Below are positions 51,692 to 63,000 of a stretch of DNA of 64,000 nt, in pieces. The DNA comes from an uncultured archaeon (GTDB taxonomy: Archaea; Asgardarchaeota; Lokiarchaeia; Sigyniarchaeales; SOKP01). The notes under the pieces were generated by a model, which saw only the letters and a program-made list of their open reading frames with translations, ran no database searches and had not been told where the DNA came from. The stretch lies in contig CAZALK010000003.1 of assembly GCA_964486045.1 (NCBI GenBank), positions 241,879 through 305,878 of the forward strand, given 5' to 3'. The position numbers and the translations under genes were made by a program. The first letter of the stretch is position 1. Each line of letters begins with the position of its first letter.

Positions 51692-51997
51692 CTATTTTTT
51701 CCACCGAGATTTTTTTTTCTTTTTTTCTAATAATTTATCTGGAACTGGAATGTTATTCCTGCGAGCGAGAACAATTGCAGTCATTTTTGAGACCAAATTG
51801 ACAGAGGAGTAATTAACTAACAACTTCTGAACACAAGAAAGATGATCCTCATCAATCCAATCAATTTCAAGCTGATCTGTTAGACCTATACCTGAATCAT
51901 AACAAATTTCACCCATTTTCGTAGAGCCATATAGACCTAAACCTCTTTCCACCATTAAATCTACAAAAGCCTTCAATTTACCATCAGTTAGAGCCAT
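51692..51997 (-). CDS. Small helical hypothetical protein coupled to the ODP gene
   Basis: 101 aa; overlaps the upstream gene by 10 bp; GAGG upstream. Confidence 0.75.
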   Translation of the reverse strand: MALTDGKLKAFVDLMVERGLGLYGSTKMGEICYDSGIGLTDQLEIDWIDEDHLSCVQKLLVNYSSVNLVSKMTAIVLARRNNIPVPDKLLEKKKKKSRWKK

Positions 51998-52707
51998 GTT
52001 CCAACCTCAAAAGTTCTTAATGCTTCCACATATTTTGAGATATCCTTATTAATAATAGAGCCATGTTGGGGACAAATCATGTTTATTTCTAAGTTCTTTA
52101 TCTTATTTATGAAATTTTCAATAGCAGATTTGTGTGGCATATAAGGTTCATGAAAGGCTCTCATCGCTTCGATATAATTTTCATTTGCATAAAGCTCCCA
52201 ATCTATTGAAAATGCAGAGAAAATGTCTGATGAGAAAAGAGTTTTGGTTTGTTTATCATAAGTAGTAAAAGCTCCTGGAAAATGCAAGTATGGTGAAGTA
52301 ATAAACATTAACTCTCTTCCACTCTCCAGTTCTAAAATATCACCATCCATAATAGTTGTAACTTCTGTATAGACATCATAGTAGGGAATGAAAAGTGCAG
52401 TTCTCATAGATGTAATTATTTCAAAATTATCTTTACCGATTATTTCCTCAAATAATGGAATTGAGGCACATAGATCTGGATCTTGGTGGTGTACTAGAAT
52501 GTGCGTTATTTTTTCAACATTAATAATTGATTCTATTTTCTTCTTGACAATACCAAAATGATCTACTCTTCGAGAACCAGGATCAATTAACACTACATCT
52601 TCTCCTTCAACTATTAAATATGGATTATTGGCAAAACCAGCATTAGTATCACTCCAACCTACCCAATATATCCCTTCATTTATTTGTATAGCTTCTTCTG
52701 TCGTCAA
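51988..52707 (-). CDS. Stand-alone MBL-fold di-iron protein, ODP (oxygen-binding di-iron protein)-like
   Basis: NPYLI, IDPG, HQDPD, LHFPG, LFSSD, PQHG; no flavodoxin domain. Confidence 0.85.
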   Translation of the reverse strand: MTTEEAIQINEGIYWVGWSDTNAGFANNPYLIVEGEDVVLIDPGSRRVDHFGIVKKKIESIINVEKITHILVHHQDPDLCASIPLFEEIIGKDNFEIITSMRTALFIPYYDVYTEVTTIMDGDILELESGRELMFITSPYLHFPGAFTTYDKQTKTLFSSDIFSAFSIDWELYANENYIEAMRAFHEPYMPHKSAIENFINKIKNLEINMICPQHGSIINKDISKYVEALRTFEVGTWL

Positions 52708-52725
52708 TTTGAAAAACCTTAAATT

Positions 52726-52762
52726 ATTTTTTGTTTAAACTCCTAATTTCTAAACAAAAAAT
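52726..52762. promoter_or_regulatory. Perfect 12-bp inverted repeat just upstream of the ODP operon
   Basis: ATTTTTTGTTTA-13 nt-TAAACAAAAAAT. Confidence 0.55.
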
Positions 52763-52768
52763 GATAGA

Positions 52769-52960
52769 ATTTTGATTTATGTTTTTAGTTTATAAATTAT
52801 TAAAAAATGAAGAGAAGAATAGATATAATAAACAAATTATGGGAATAACCCAATTTTATTTTTATAAATGATTTAACAGAATGGATACCAAGGATGATAT
52901 AAATTGAAAAAAAAAATTCAATTTTAATTTATATTTTTAGTTTATGAATTATTAAAAAAT
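52769..52960. repeat. 40-bp direct repeat (52769-52808 / 52921-52960), probable duplicated promoter
   Basis: ATTTTGATTTATGTTTTTAGTTTATAAATTATTAAAAAAT vs ATTTTAATTTATATTTTTAGTTTATGAATTATTAAAAAAT. Confidence 0.65.
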
Positions 52961-53090
52961 ATTTAATTAACTGAAAGGTTATGTTTTATTTCAATATTGC
53001 TTGATTCATTTTTACATTCTCTCTTTTCTATTCCATCCTTTTTTTTATGTCTATTTCAGTGTATGAAAAAGATAATCATTAATTTGCAAT

Positions 53091-56000
53091 TCATTTCATA
53101 AACAATCGCAAAATAAATGTAGATCCTTTGTTACGTCCTTTAGATTTTACTAAAATTTCACCTATATGTAATTTAACAATTTCATTTGCGAGATATAATC
53201 CAAGCCCTGGTCCTTCAATATCAACATCCAAACCTTTTCCATATCTCTCGATTTTACCAAATTTTTTAAATAGAGTCGGCAATTCTTTTTCAGTTATTCC
53301 TACACCCGTGTCTCTTATGATTATATCCATAAAATTTTGGTGTTCAATTGATTTGATATAAATATTCCCATTGGGTGTAGTATTTTTGACAGCATTGGAT
53401 AATAGGTTTGAAATTGCTTTTTTAATCATTTCTTTATCTACATCAATATATAATTCATCAAGAAGTTCAATATTTATGAAGATTTTACGTTTCTCGGCCT
53501 GAAACATTAAATTTTCAACACACTCTTTAATAATAAGACTCAGATTTTCTCGTTTTATGTTAAAGACTATTTGCTCAGTTTCTAGTTCATAGGCAGTAAT
53601 TAAATTATCAACCATTTCTTTTAATCTATAACCTCCTTGATGTATAATTTTTACTACATCCTCAACATCATTACTCATCTGTTTATTATGAAAATCTAAA
53701 AGAAATTGAGAGCCATTCAAAATTGAAATTAAAGGTGTATTTAGTTCGTGAGAAATCCTTGATATAAGATCATTTCTTATTTGATCGAGTTTCTTTAATT
53801 GTTTTATTTCTCTTTTTATCATATCATCAATTTTTTTTCTTTCCGTGTTATCACTCAACAATCCAAAAACCTTGGGCTGATTATTAATTTCCACTATGCT
53901 CCATCTAGCACAGATTGGCACAAAATATCCTTTTTTATGTTTTATTCTATAGTCTAAAGACACAGCTTTTTGAGTTTTTATTGCTTTTTTACTCATTTCC
54001 TTAAAATAATGTATATCTTCATTATGTACAAAATCCGCTAAGTTCAACTCGAGTAATTCTCCTGATTGATATCCAATAATATTTTTTATCTGAGGACTAA
54101 TATAAGTAATAAGTCCGTTAGGATCAGCTTCAAAGAGAACATCTGAAATATTTGTTATCAAGTTTTGAATTTTTTCCTCTGATTCCTTTAATTCTATTGT
54201 CCTTTCTTCCACTTTTTGCTCTAAAATATTGCTTAATCTTTTATATTTTTGTTCTGAATTCTCCAAAGACTCGAGTGTTTGGGTATTAAAAAGTGATATT
54301 GAAGCAATTTCAGCGAATGTTGTAGCTAACCTCGCATCTTCCTTATTGAATCCTCCTTCTTTATTTGCTAAACCCATGAAACCTTTTACGTCATCACCAA
54401 TTACTAACGGGGCAATTAATACATTTCTAATATGAATATGACCTTTAGGTAAGAAATCTTTCCATTTACTAGTCATAAAGTCATTATAGTATATTGTTTT
54501 TTTAGATTTGACTATCTCCGCTTGCATTCCTCTGACTGGCATAGATAAATCTGAATTTACCTTGGATAGCAAACTTTCAGGATTAATAAAAATTTTTTGA
54601 TATTTTCCCTTTACCAAGGCTGACAATGCAAGATAACCCACTTCCGCTCCTATTAAATCATTACAAGAATCAAATATCATTTTTTGCGTTTTTTCAAAAT
54701 CACTATATTGTAATACCGCCCTTGAAGCATCAAAAAGGGATGAGATTTCTTTAGTTCGTTGCTGGATCAATTGTTCTGCAATTCTTCTCTCTGTTATGTC
54801 CAATCCGTAAACATTTACATAATTTCCCTCCTTTATTGGTGTAAAGGCAAATGAGTATATTTGATCAATTAATTTTATTTCACTTGTCTTAATTGTATTC
54901 GTGTCTATTATTTCAAAAACTATTTCCTTGAACAGTATCGGGAGATTATCACCTTCTTCAATTTCAAACAAAAGTTGACCTGCTGTATTAGTATAAATAA
55001 CTTTTTCTTTACTGACTCTTAGCACGGGATTCGGATTCTCAGAAGGAAATTTAGCTAAGCTTTTTATTTTAGCTTCCGCCTCTTTACGTTCGTTAATATT
55101 TATCACCATTGATCGAGATTCTACAACTTTACCCTTCTCATTCTTCACAGGTTTTACTGTTAAGCTTACCCAGAAGGGATTTCCATTTTTATGTTTCATC
55201 TGAATTTCCACATCCTCGATAATTTTCCCCTCTACAAATTGTTTAAACAATTTTTTGGCTTTCTGTAAACCTTCTGGAGAATTAGAATATAAATCAAAAA
55301 CATTTAAGTCTAGAATCTCCTTCTTAGTATAACCTAAAAGATCACATGCAGGCTGATTGCAACCCTTTATAGATTTGTCTGGGTGAACTGAGAAATATGC
55401 GCTTGGAGCATTTTCGTACAATTCTCTGTATTTTTCTTCGGATTCTCTTAATTTTTGCTCTGCTTCTTTACTTTCCGTGATATCAGAAACAACTCCATCA
55501 AATCTACGAATATTACCTTTTTCATCAAAAATTGGAACTCCCCGATCTCTAACATATCTAATTTCTCCAGTGTCTTTATGAACTAACCGATATTCGAGAG
55601 TATATTCTGTTTTCTCTCTAAAAGCATCAGTATATTTCTTTAATATACCATCTCTATCTTCTTGATGTATTGATTTTGGCCAAGTTTCATGATCCTTATA
55701 AAAATCTTCTGGAGAATATCCTGTCCAATCTTTCCATCTATTAGACACGAATGTTGCTGTACCAGTTTCATCTGATAGAGCAGAATATATAGCGTCAGGA
55801 ATATTTTCTACTAAGTGACGGTACTTTTCTTCTGATTCTTTTAATTCTTGTTCAATTTTCTTGCGTTCAGTAATATCCATAGAATGGGTAATTAAAGCTA
55901 CTACTTTTTCTGATTGGAATACAGGACCAACCCACATATCAAAATATCTAATTTCACCTTCTTTTGTTATATATTTTGTGGTGATTGAACTAGGCTCTCC

Positions 56001-58529
56001 TGTTTCCCAAACAGAATAATATAAATCTCGTGTAACCTTGTGGAATTCTTGTGGTGTGTAGTTGTATATTGAAGTACCAATGACTTCTTCTTTTGAAAGA
56101 TCTGGAACTGTCCGGTTAATAAAGATGATTTTGTGTTCTGGATCTAACAACAGTACGTGAGCGGGTGAGTTCTCACTAAGAGCCCTCCATTTTTCTTCTG
56201 ATTCTTTTAATTTTTGTTCTGCCATTTTGCGCTCGAAATAGCTTCCTAATACTTCAGCAAGGGCATTAATTAAGTTTCTCTCTTCCTTCAAGAAAGGTCC
56301 CTCATCGAATATAGGCATATTTTTCAAATAATAAACTTCAATAGTTCCTATAATTTCATCTCTTCTTTTTATACCAGCTTTTAGCTTCCATTCAGTCTCC
56401 ATAAAGTTTTTTGTTTTAAATTCTTGTCCGTTAAATGATATTCTTGCACAGGTTATCTCTGAATATTGCCATGCTGGTGGAATTAGATCGAGAGTTCCTT
56501 GCAATATCTCCTCCAATGAATAATCTAGACTTCCAACAAGCTTGGAGAGCTCATATAAGCATGTGAGTTCCTTAACTCGTTCTTTGAGATTATATTCAGA
56601 ATTCTTTAAAGCTTCTTCTACCTCTTTGCGATCGGTGATATTTAGAACACTACCGCGAGTATTAATTAAATTATCCTTATCATCAAATCTTGAAGATGCG
56701 TTAAGGAGCACATCAATAAAATGCCCATCCTTATGGATTAATGTATATTCCAAGTTATTGACAGAGCCATTATCTAGAATATCGTTCCAGTGCTTCTCAA
56801 ACTGAAGTTTCTGCTCTGGAATGATTAAGTCATACCATGTTTTTTTATCGACGATTTCCTCACGACTGTAACCTAGCAAGTCCAACTCATATTTATTCAT
56901 GTCTGTGATAATGCGGTCAGATTTGAAAATATGAAAACCGATGGCGGCACTGTCAAAAAAGTCTCTGAATAATTCCTCGTTCATTCGTAATTTTTCTTCC
57001 ATATAGTACCTTTCTGTGATATCTGTAAAAGTACCTTCAATAGCAATCATTTCTCCATTAGAATTTCTTATTAAATGGGCATTTGCTTGAAGAATAATTT
57101 GTTCACCACTTATTTTCTTGGCATAAACGACAAAATCTTTGATAAAACCATTTTTTGTCAATTCTTTTAAATAATTTTGACGATCCTTTGGATTTTGCCA
57201 AAAATCAATAGTTTTAGATCCCGTTAAATTTTCAAGAGGATTAATCCCCAACATTCTATTAAGTTCAGGATTATGTTCTAAATAAATTCCATCAAGGCTC
57301 ACTGTAAAAAATCCTACATCTAAATTATTCACCATGTTTCTAAATTTTTCTTCAGATTCTTTTAACTTTTGTGCTGTTATTTTACGCTCGGTAATGTCGG
57401 TGGAGCGATTAATTATTCCTATGACTTTACCATCTTTCCATACGGGCCCAGAATGTATTTCAAAATAAAATTGCTTCCCATTCTTGTCAAGATATCCTGT
57501 CTCAAATTGGCGGGGTTCACCGTTATTTAGTATTTTATCATAAACATTTCTTTGTAGTTCTTGATATTCTTTTTGAACAAAATCAAATATAGACATTCCA
57601 ATAACTTCATCAATACTTAAATCGGGTACAGTATAATTAATGAATAAAATTTTTGCATCTTTATCCATCATCAGAATGTGATCAGGAGTATATTTCGTGA
57701 TGGATCGCCATTTCTCTTCGGATTTTTTTAATTTTTGCTCTGCTTCTTTACTTTCAGTGATATCACAAACAACTCCATCAAATCTTTTAATATTACCTTT
57801 TTCATTAAAAATTGGTACTCCTCGATCTCTAACATATCTAATTTCTCCAGTATCTTTATGGACTACCCGATATTCGAGAGTATATTCTGTTTTCTCATTA
57901 AAAGCATCAACAAATTTCTTAATTGTACCATCTCTATCTTCTTGATGTATTGATTTTGGCCAAGTTTCATGATCCTTATAAAAATCTTCTGGAGAATAAC
58001 CTGTCCAATCTTTCCATCTATTAGACATGAAGGTTGTTGTACCAGTTTCATCGGGTAGAGCAGAATATATAGCGTTAGGAATATTTTCTACTAAGTTACG
58101 GTATTTTTTTTCAGATTCTTTTAACTTTTGCTCAGTTTGTTGTTTCTCAGCAATTAAGTGTTGTTTTTCAATAAAATTCTTGATATTTGTTAACAAATTA
58201 TCCATATTAAAAGGTTTTAAGATATATCCTGATGCACCTTCATTCAAAGCCTGTACTGCCGAATTTAAAGAGGCATTTCCGGTCATTATTATAACATCCA
58301 TATTTGGATGTTTATCCTTTAAAGGCTTTAAAAGTTCTATCCCTTCAATATCAGGGAGTTTTATGTCTAAAAGAGCCACGTTATAGAATTCCTTAGTAAT
58401 TTTATTAATTGCTTCTTGTCCTGTTTGAGCAATCTCTGTTTTATAACCTACTTTATTCAAAAAAAGTGATAATGTATCTCGTGTAACAGCATTATCATCA
58501 ATGACGATAATTTTTTCCTTAGCTTCCAT
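53091..58529 (-). CDS. REC - multi-PAS - GAF hybrid histidine kinase
   Basis: REC (IDD, LLDIKLPD, KP); many PAS ending DITERK; GAF; SHELNTPL; NLLSNAVK; DTGVG; GLGL. Confidence 0.93.
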   Translation of the reverse strand: MEAKEKIIVIDDNAVTRDTLSLFLNKVGYKTEIAQTGQEAINKITKEFYNVALLDIKLPDIEGIELLKPLKDKHPNMDVIIMTGNASLNSAVQALNEGASGYILKPFNMDNLLTNIKNFIEKQHLIAEKQQTEQKLKESEKKYRNLVENIPNAIYSALPDETGTTTFMSNRWKDWTGYSPEDFYKDHETWPKSIHQEDRDGTIKKFVDAFNEKTEYTLEYRVVHKDTGEIRYVRDRGVPIFNEKGNIKRFDGVVCDITESKEAEQKLKKSEEKWRSITKYTPDHILMMDKDAKILFINYTVPDLSIDEVIGMSIFDFVQKEYQELQRNVYDKILNNGEPRQFETGYLDKNGKQFYFEIHSGPVWKDGKVIGIINRSTDITERKITAQKLKESEEKFRNMVNNLDVGFFTVSLDGIYLEHNPELNRMLGINPLENLTGSKTIDFWQNPKDRQNYLKELTKNGFIKDFVVYAKKISGEQIILQANAHLIRNSNGEMIAIEGTFTDITERYYMEEKLRMNEELFRDFFDSAAIGFHIFKSDRIITDMNKYELDLLGYSREEIVDKKTWYDLIIPEQKLQFEKHWNDILDNGSVNNLEYTLIHKDGHFIDVLLNASSRFDDKDNLINTRGSVLNITDRKEVEEALKNSEYNLKERVKELTCLYELSKLVGSLDYSLEEILQGTLDLIPPAWQYSEITCARISFNGQEFKTKNFMETEWKLKAGIKRRDEIIGTIEVYYLKNMPIFDEGPFLKEERNLINALAEVLGSYFERKMAEQKLKESEEKWRALSENSPAHVLLLDPEHKIIFINRTVPDLSKEEVIGTSIYNYTPQEFHKVTRDLYYSVWETGEPSSITTKYITKEGEIRYFDMWVGPVFQSEKVVALITHSMDITERKKIEQELKESEEKYRHLVENIPDAIYSALSDETGTATFVSNRWKDWTGYSPEDFYKDHETWPKSIHQEDRDGILKKYTDAFREKTEYTLEYRLVHKDTGEIRYVRDRGVPIFDEKGNIRRFDGVVSDITESKEAEQKLRESEEKYRELYENAPSAYFSVHPDKSIKGCNQPACDLLGYTKKEILDLNVFDLYSNSPEGLQKAKKLFKQFVEGKIIEDVEIQMKHKNGNPFWVSLTVKPVKNEKGKVVESRSMVININERKEAEAKIKSLAKFPSENPNPVLRVSKEKVIYTNTAGQLLFEIEEGDNLPILFKEIVFEIIDTNTIKTSEIKLIDQIYSFAFTPIKEGNYVNVYGLDITERRIAEQLIQQRTKEISSLFDASRAVLQYSDFEKTQKMIFDSCNDLIGAEVGYLALSALVKGKYQKIFINPESLLSKVNSDLSMPVRGMQAEIVKSKKTIYYNDFMTSKWKDFLPKGHIHIRNVLIAPLVIGDDVKGFMGLANKEGGFNKEDARLATTFAEIASISLFNTQTLESLENSEQKYKRLSNILEQKVEERTIELKESEEKIQNLITNISDVLFEADPNGLITYISPQIKNIIGYQSGELLELNLADFVHNEDIHYFKEMSKKAIKTQKAVSLDYRIKHKKGYFVPICARWSIVEINNQPKVFGLLSDNTERKKIDDMIKREIKQLKKLDQIRNDLISRISHELNTPLISILNGSQFLLDFHNKQMSNDVEDVVKIIHQGGYRLKEMVDNLITAYELETEQIVFNIKRENLSLIIKECVENLMFQAEKRKIFINIELLDELYIDVDKEMIKKAISNLLSNAVKNTTPNGNIYIKSIEHQNFMDIIIRDTGVGITEKELPTLFKKFGKIERYGKGLDVDIEGPGLGLYLANEIVKLHIGEILVKSKGRNKGSTFILRLFMK
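56626..57066. repeat. About 440-bp apparently identical PAS block shared with 62777-63217
   Basis: Line-by-line comparison at offset 6151 showed no mismatches in the parts checked. Confidence 0.85.
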
Positions 58530-58760
58530 ATCTTAATCTTACTCTAAAATTTTTTTTTAATATATTCTCATAGAGATTATCTAGTAAACTCATCTTTAGG
58601 GCTTAAAGTACAATATATATAATCGATAACTTTTTTTTTAAACTTTAATATTTTAAATTATATCGTCAATAATAGGGGATTTCATTATCGTTATCAAAGT
58701 TTCCTCCACTTTTCTGCTTAATAACTTAACTCAGCTATAATATAAGAGAAGTAACTATCT

Positions 58761-59870
58761 CTATGGTACTCCTTCTGGAATCAATAACACAAAATTACTT
58801 CCTTTAGTAAAATCTCCTTTCACTCTGTCTTTTACCCAGATTTGTCCATTATAGGTTTCTATGGCTTTTTTAACAAGTGATAATCCTAATCCCATTCCCT
58901 TACCACAGTTATGTTCATTATCCCCTTTTTTAAATATGTTTTCTTTTTTGGCATTTGATATGCCTATTCCATTGTCAATAAACTCCATTTCAATATATAC
59001 TTGTCCTTCTTTTTGTATTTTGGAAATATTAACGTGAATTTCCACTGAAGAATTATTATTATAATGCACAGCGTTATCTAAAATATTTTCAAATACGTCT
59101 TTTAAGAGAATATTGGCTTGAACAAAGATATTTTTATAATTCACATTAATCTGAATATCTACCTCTCGATCTTGAGTCCTATCCTTCAAAGAGAGAATTG
59201 CCTGATTTAAGAGTTTACATACCTCTATTGGTAGAATTGGGATCTTAAATTCTTCAATTTCACAAAGCTTGCGAATATTAGAAATCAAATTAACTCCTCT
59301 GTTGACTTCTGCTGAAATAATGCTCACAAATTCTATAATTTTTTCTTTATTTCCAGGTTGGTTAATAAACATTGTACAAAGCTCGGAAGAGCATGAAATA
59401 TTGTTTAGAATATTATTCATATCATGTGTAAACAAATCTCTATAAAATTTAGCGATATTATATGATTTACGATAATTTTCTTCTGATTTTTTTAATTTCC
59501 TCTCTAGATTTTTTCTTTCACTAATATCTCTTGAAATCACTAGAACTTTTGATTTTTTATCTTTATCAACAATTACTTTTCCAATAGTTTCAACCCAAAT
59601 ATAATGCCCCTCTTTATGACGAAGTCTTACTTCTATACTCCCTTCATTTAATTCAAAAATTTTATTGAATAGTTCCAAAACATTATTTAGATCATCAGGA
59701 TGTAAGAATTGAGATCCTTTTTTACCAACAAAATACTCTCTGGTATATCCTAACATGTTAAGTAAAGCCTCTTCATTTACATATTCAATTATAAATTGAT
59801 GATCAAGAACAGAAATTAAATCCTTAGCGTTTTCAGAGATAAGTTTATATTTTTCTTGCGATATATTCAA
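58761..59870 (-). CDS. PAS histidine kinase
   Basis: LHPDD, RDISERK, THDMNN, NILDNAVHY, DNGIG, GMGLGL. Confidence 0.92.
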   Translation of the reverse strand: MNISQEKYKLISENAKDLISVLDHQFIIEYVNEEALLNMLGYTREYFVGKKGSQFLHPDDLNNVLELFNKIFELNEGSIEVRLRHKEGHYIWVETIGKVIVDKDKKSKVLVISRDISERKNLERKLKKSEENYRKSYNIAKFYRDLFTHDMNNILNNISCSSELCTMFINQPGNKEKIIEFVSIISAEVNRGVNLISNIRKLCEIEEFKIPILPIEVCKLLNQAILSLKDRTQDREVDIQINVNYKNIFVQANILLKDVFENILDNAVHYNNNSSVEIHVNISKIQKEGQVYIEMEFIDNGIGISNAKKENIFKKGDNEHNCGKGMGLGLSLVKKAIETYNGQIWVKDRVKGDFTKGSNFVLLIPEGVP

Positions 59871-60018
59871 TTTTAGTTCACTCCTATACGCTCAGTATTA
59901 TCTATCAGACATCCTATAATCTCCCTTGACACTTCTCCTTTTAACATTCTTTTTATCCTCTTCACTTTTTCTGTTTTATCTTTTTTAATGTAGGCAAAAG
60001 ATAATCACTAATTGCAGT

Positions 60019-63000
60019 TTATTTTATAAACAATCTTAAAATAAATGTTGATCCCTCATTCCGTCCTTTAGATTTTACTAAAATTTCACCTACATGTAAT
60101 TTAACAATTTCATTTGCAATATACAATCCAAGACCTGGTCCTTCAATATCTACATCCATCCCTTTTCCATATCTTTCTATTTTACCAAATTTTTTAAATA
60201 GGGTTAGCATTTCTTTTTTTGTTAATCCTACACCCGTGTCTTTTATGATTATATCCATAAAATTATGGTGTTTAATTGATTTGATGAAAATATTACCATT
60301 GGGTAGTGTGTTCTTAACAGCATTAGATAACAGATTCAAAATTACTTTTTTAATCATTCTTTTATCTACATCTATATTTAAATCGGGTGGAAGCTCAATA
60401 TTTATGAAAACTTTACGTTTCTCGGCCTGAAAAATTAATTCTTCAACACACTCCTTTACAATAGGAATTAGATTTTCTCGTTTTATATTGAATATTATTT
60501 GCTCAGTTTCTAGTTCATAGGCAGTAGTTAAATTATCGACCATTTCTTTTAATCGATAGCCTCCTTGATAAATAATTTTAACAATATCTCCAACTACATT
60601 ACTCATCTGATCATTATACGAATCTAAAAGAAATTGAGAACCATTCAAAATGGAAATTAACGGTGTATTTAATTCGTGGGATATTCTTTGTATAAGGTCG
60701 TTCCTAATTTGATCGAGTTCTTTTAATTGTTTTATTTCCCTTTTGATCATATTATCAATTTCTTTTCTTTCGGTATTATCACTCATTAATCCAATAACCT
60801 TAAATTCATTATTAATTTCCACCAAGCTCCATCTGGCAGAGACTGGCACAAAGTATCCTTTTTTATGTTTCAATCTACATTCTATAGATACAACCTTTTT
60901 AGTTTCTAATGCTTTAGCAGCCGTTTCCTTAAACGAATTTACATCTTCAAGGTGTATCAATTCCATGAAATTCAATCCAATTAATTGTTCTGACTGATAT
61001 CCAATTATATTATTTATTTGAGGACTAATATAAGTAAGAATCCCACTAGGTTCCGCCTCTAACAAAACTTCGGAAATATTGGTTATCATATTTTGAATTT
61101 TTTCCTCTGATTCCTTTAATTCTATAGTCCTTTCCTCTACTTTTTGCTCTAAAATATTGCTCAATCTTTTATATTTCCGTTCTGATTTCTCCAAAGACTC
61201 AAGCATTTGACAATTTAAAAGTGAAATTGAAGCTAATTCTGCAAATGCAGTAGCTAACCTCGCTTCTTCCTCAGTAAATCCGCCTTCCCTATTTACTAAA
61301 CCCATCAAACCTTTTACCTCATCATTAATTATTAATGGGGCAAATAATACATTATTTACGGGAATATGCCCTTCAGGTAAGAAATTTATCCAATCACTAT
61401 TAGAAAAGTTATTTTGGTAAAGAGTTTTTTTGGACTTGATTACTTCACCATGTATCCCTCTAATAGGCACTGGTAAATCTAGATCTACTTCGCATTGTAA
61501 TTTTCCAGGATTCGAAAAAATTATTTGATTTTGTTTCTTGTCTGGGGTTAAAATCCCAATGTAACCAGCTTCTGCTCCAATTAAGGTCATACAAGAATTA
61601 AATATCAGGCTTGCTACTATTTCAAAGTCGTTATATTGTAAAACTGCCCTTGATGCATCTAAAAGCATTGAAATTTCCTTGGTTCGCTTTTGGATCGCTT
61701 GTTCTGCCATTTTTCGGACTGTAATGTCCATTCCGTAAACATTTACATAATTAGTTTCCCTTATTGGATTTATGACAAGTGAATATATTTGACCAGCTAA
61801 TTCTATTTCAGCTGTTTTAGTTATCTTAGTCTTCATTACTTTATCAACCATATCTTTAAGCAACATTGGAGTTTTATCACCTTCTTCAATTTTAAATAGA
61901 TCCTGACTTACTTTATTGGCATAGATAATTCCATTTCTATTAATCCTTAATACTGGATTTGGGTTCTCAGAAGGAAACTTTGCTAAGTTGTTTATTTTTT
62001 CTTCAGCCTCATTGCGCTCGAAATATCTTCCTAAAATTTCAGCACAAGCATTAATTAAGTTTCTTTCTTCCTTTAAGAAAGGTCCTTCATCGAATATAGG
62101 CATATTTTTCAAATAATAAACTTCAATAGTTCCTATAATTTCATTTATTCTTTTTATATCAGCTTTTTGCTTCCATGTAGTCTCCTTAAAGTTTTTAGTT
62201 TTAAATTCTTGTCCGTAAAATGATATTCTTGCGCACGTTATCTCTGGAAATTGCCATGCTGGTGGAATTAGGTCGAGAGTCCCTTGTAATATCTCCTTCA
62301 ATGAATAATCTAGACTTTCAACAAGCTTGGAGAGTTCATATAGACAAGTGAGTTCCTTAACTCGTTCTCTGAGATTATGTTCAGACTTTTTTAACTCTAG
62401 TTCTACTACTTTACGCTCGGTGATATTTCGTGCGATTGTTGAGGTACCAATAATGATATCATCTTTATCCTTGATTGGAGATATTGTCAGGGAGATATTA
62501 ATTTCCTCGCCGTCCTTTCTCACGCGCACAGTTTCAAAATGATCAATAAGGTCTCCCGCTTTAATTCTTTCGAGAATGCCCGACACCTCATCGGGACGAT
62601 CAGACGGAACAAGTATGGAAATAGGCTTTCCTATGATCTCTTTGGATGTGTAGCTATAAATTCTCTCCGCACCTTTATTCCAACTAATAATAGTCCCGTC
62701 TAATGTCTTTCCGGTGATCGCATCGTCTGAATTCTCCACGATGGCTGCCAATTTAAGGTTTATTTCCTCCGCCTTCTTGCGATCGGTGATATTTAGAACA
62801 CTACCGCGAGTATTAATTAAATTATCCTTATCATCAAATCTTGAAGATGCGTTAAGGAGCACATCAATAAAATGCCCATCCTTATGGATTAATGTATATT
62901 CCAAGTTATTGACAGAGCCATTATCTAGAATATCGTTCCAGTGCTTCTCAAACTGAAGTTTCTGCTCTGGAATGATTAAGTCATACCATGTTTTTTTATC

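Noticed and set aside
22491-62956. Numerous 60-170-aa track ORFs antisense to or overlapping long genes (e.g. 22491-22973, 36696-37079, 48835-49356, 58027-58386)
   Set aside because: Shadow ORFs of well-supported genes, with no independent motifs
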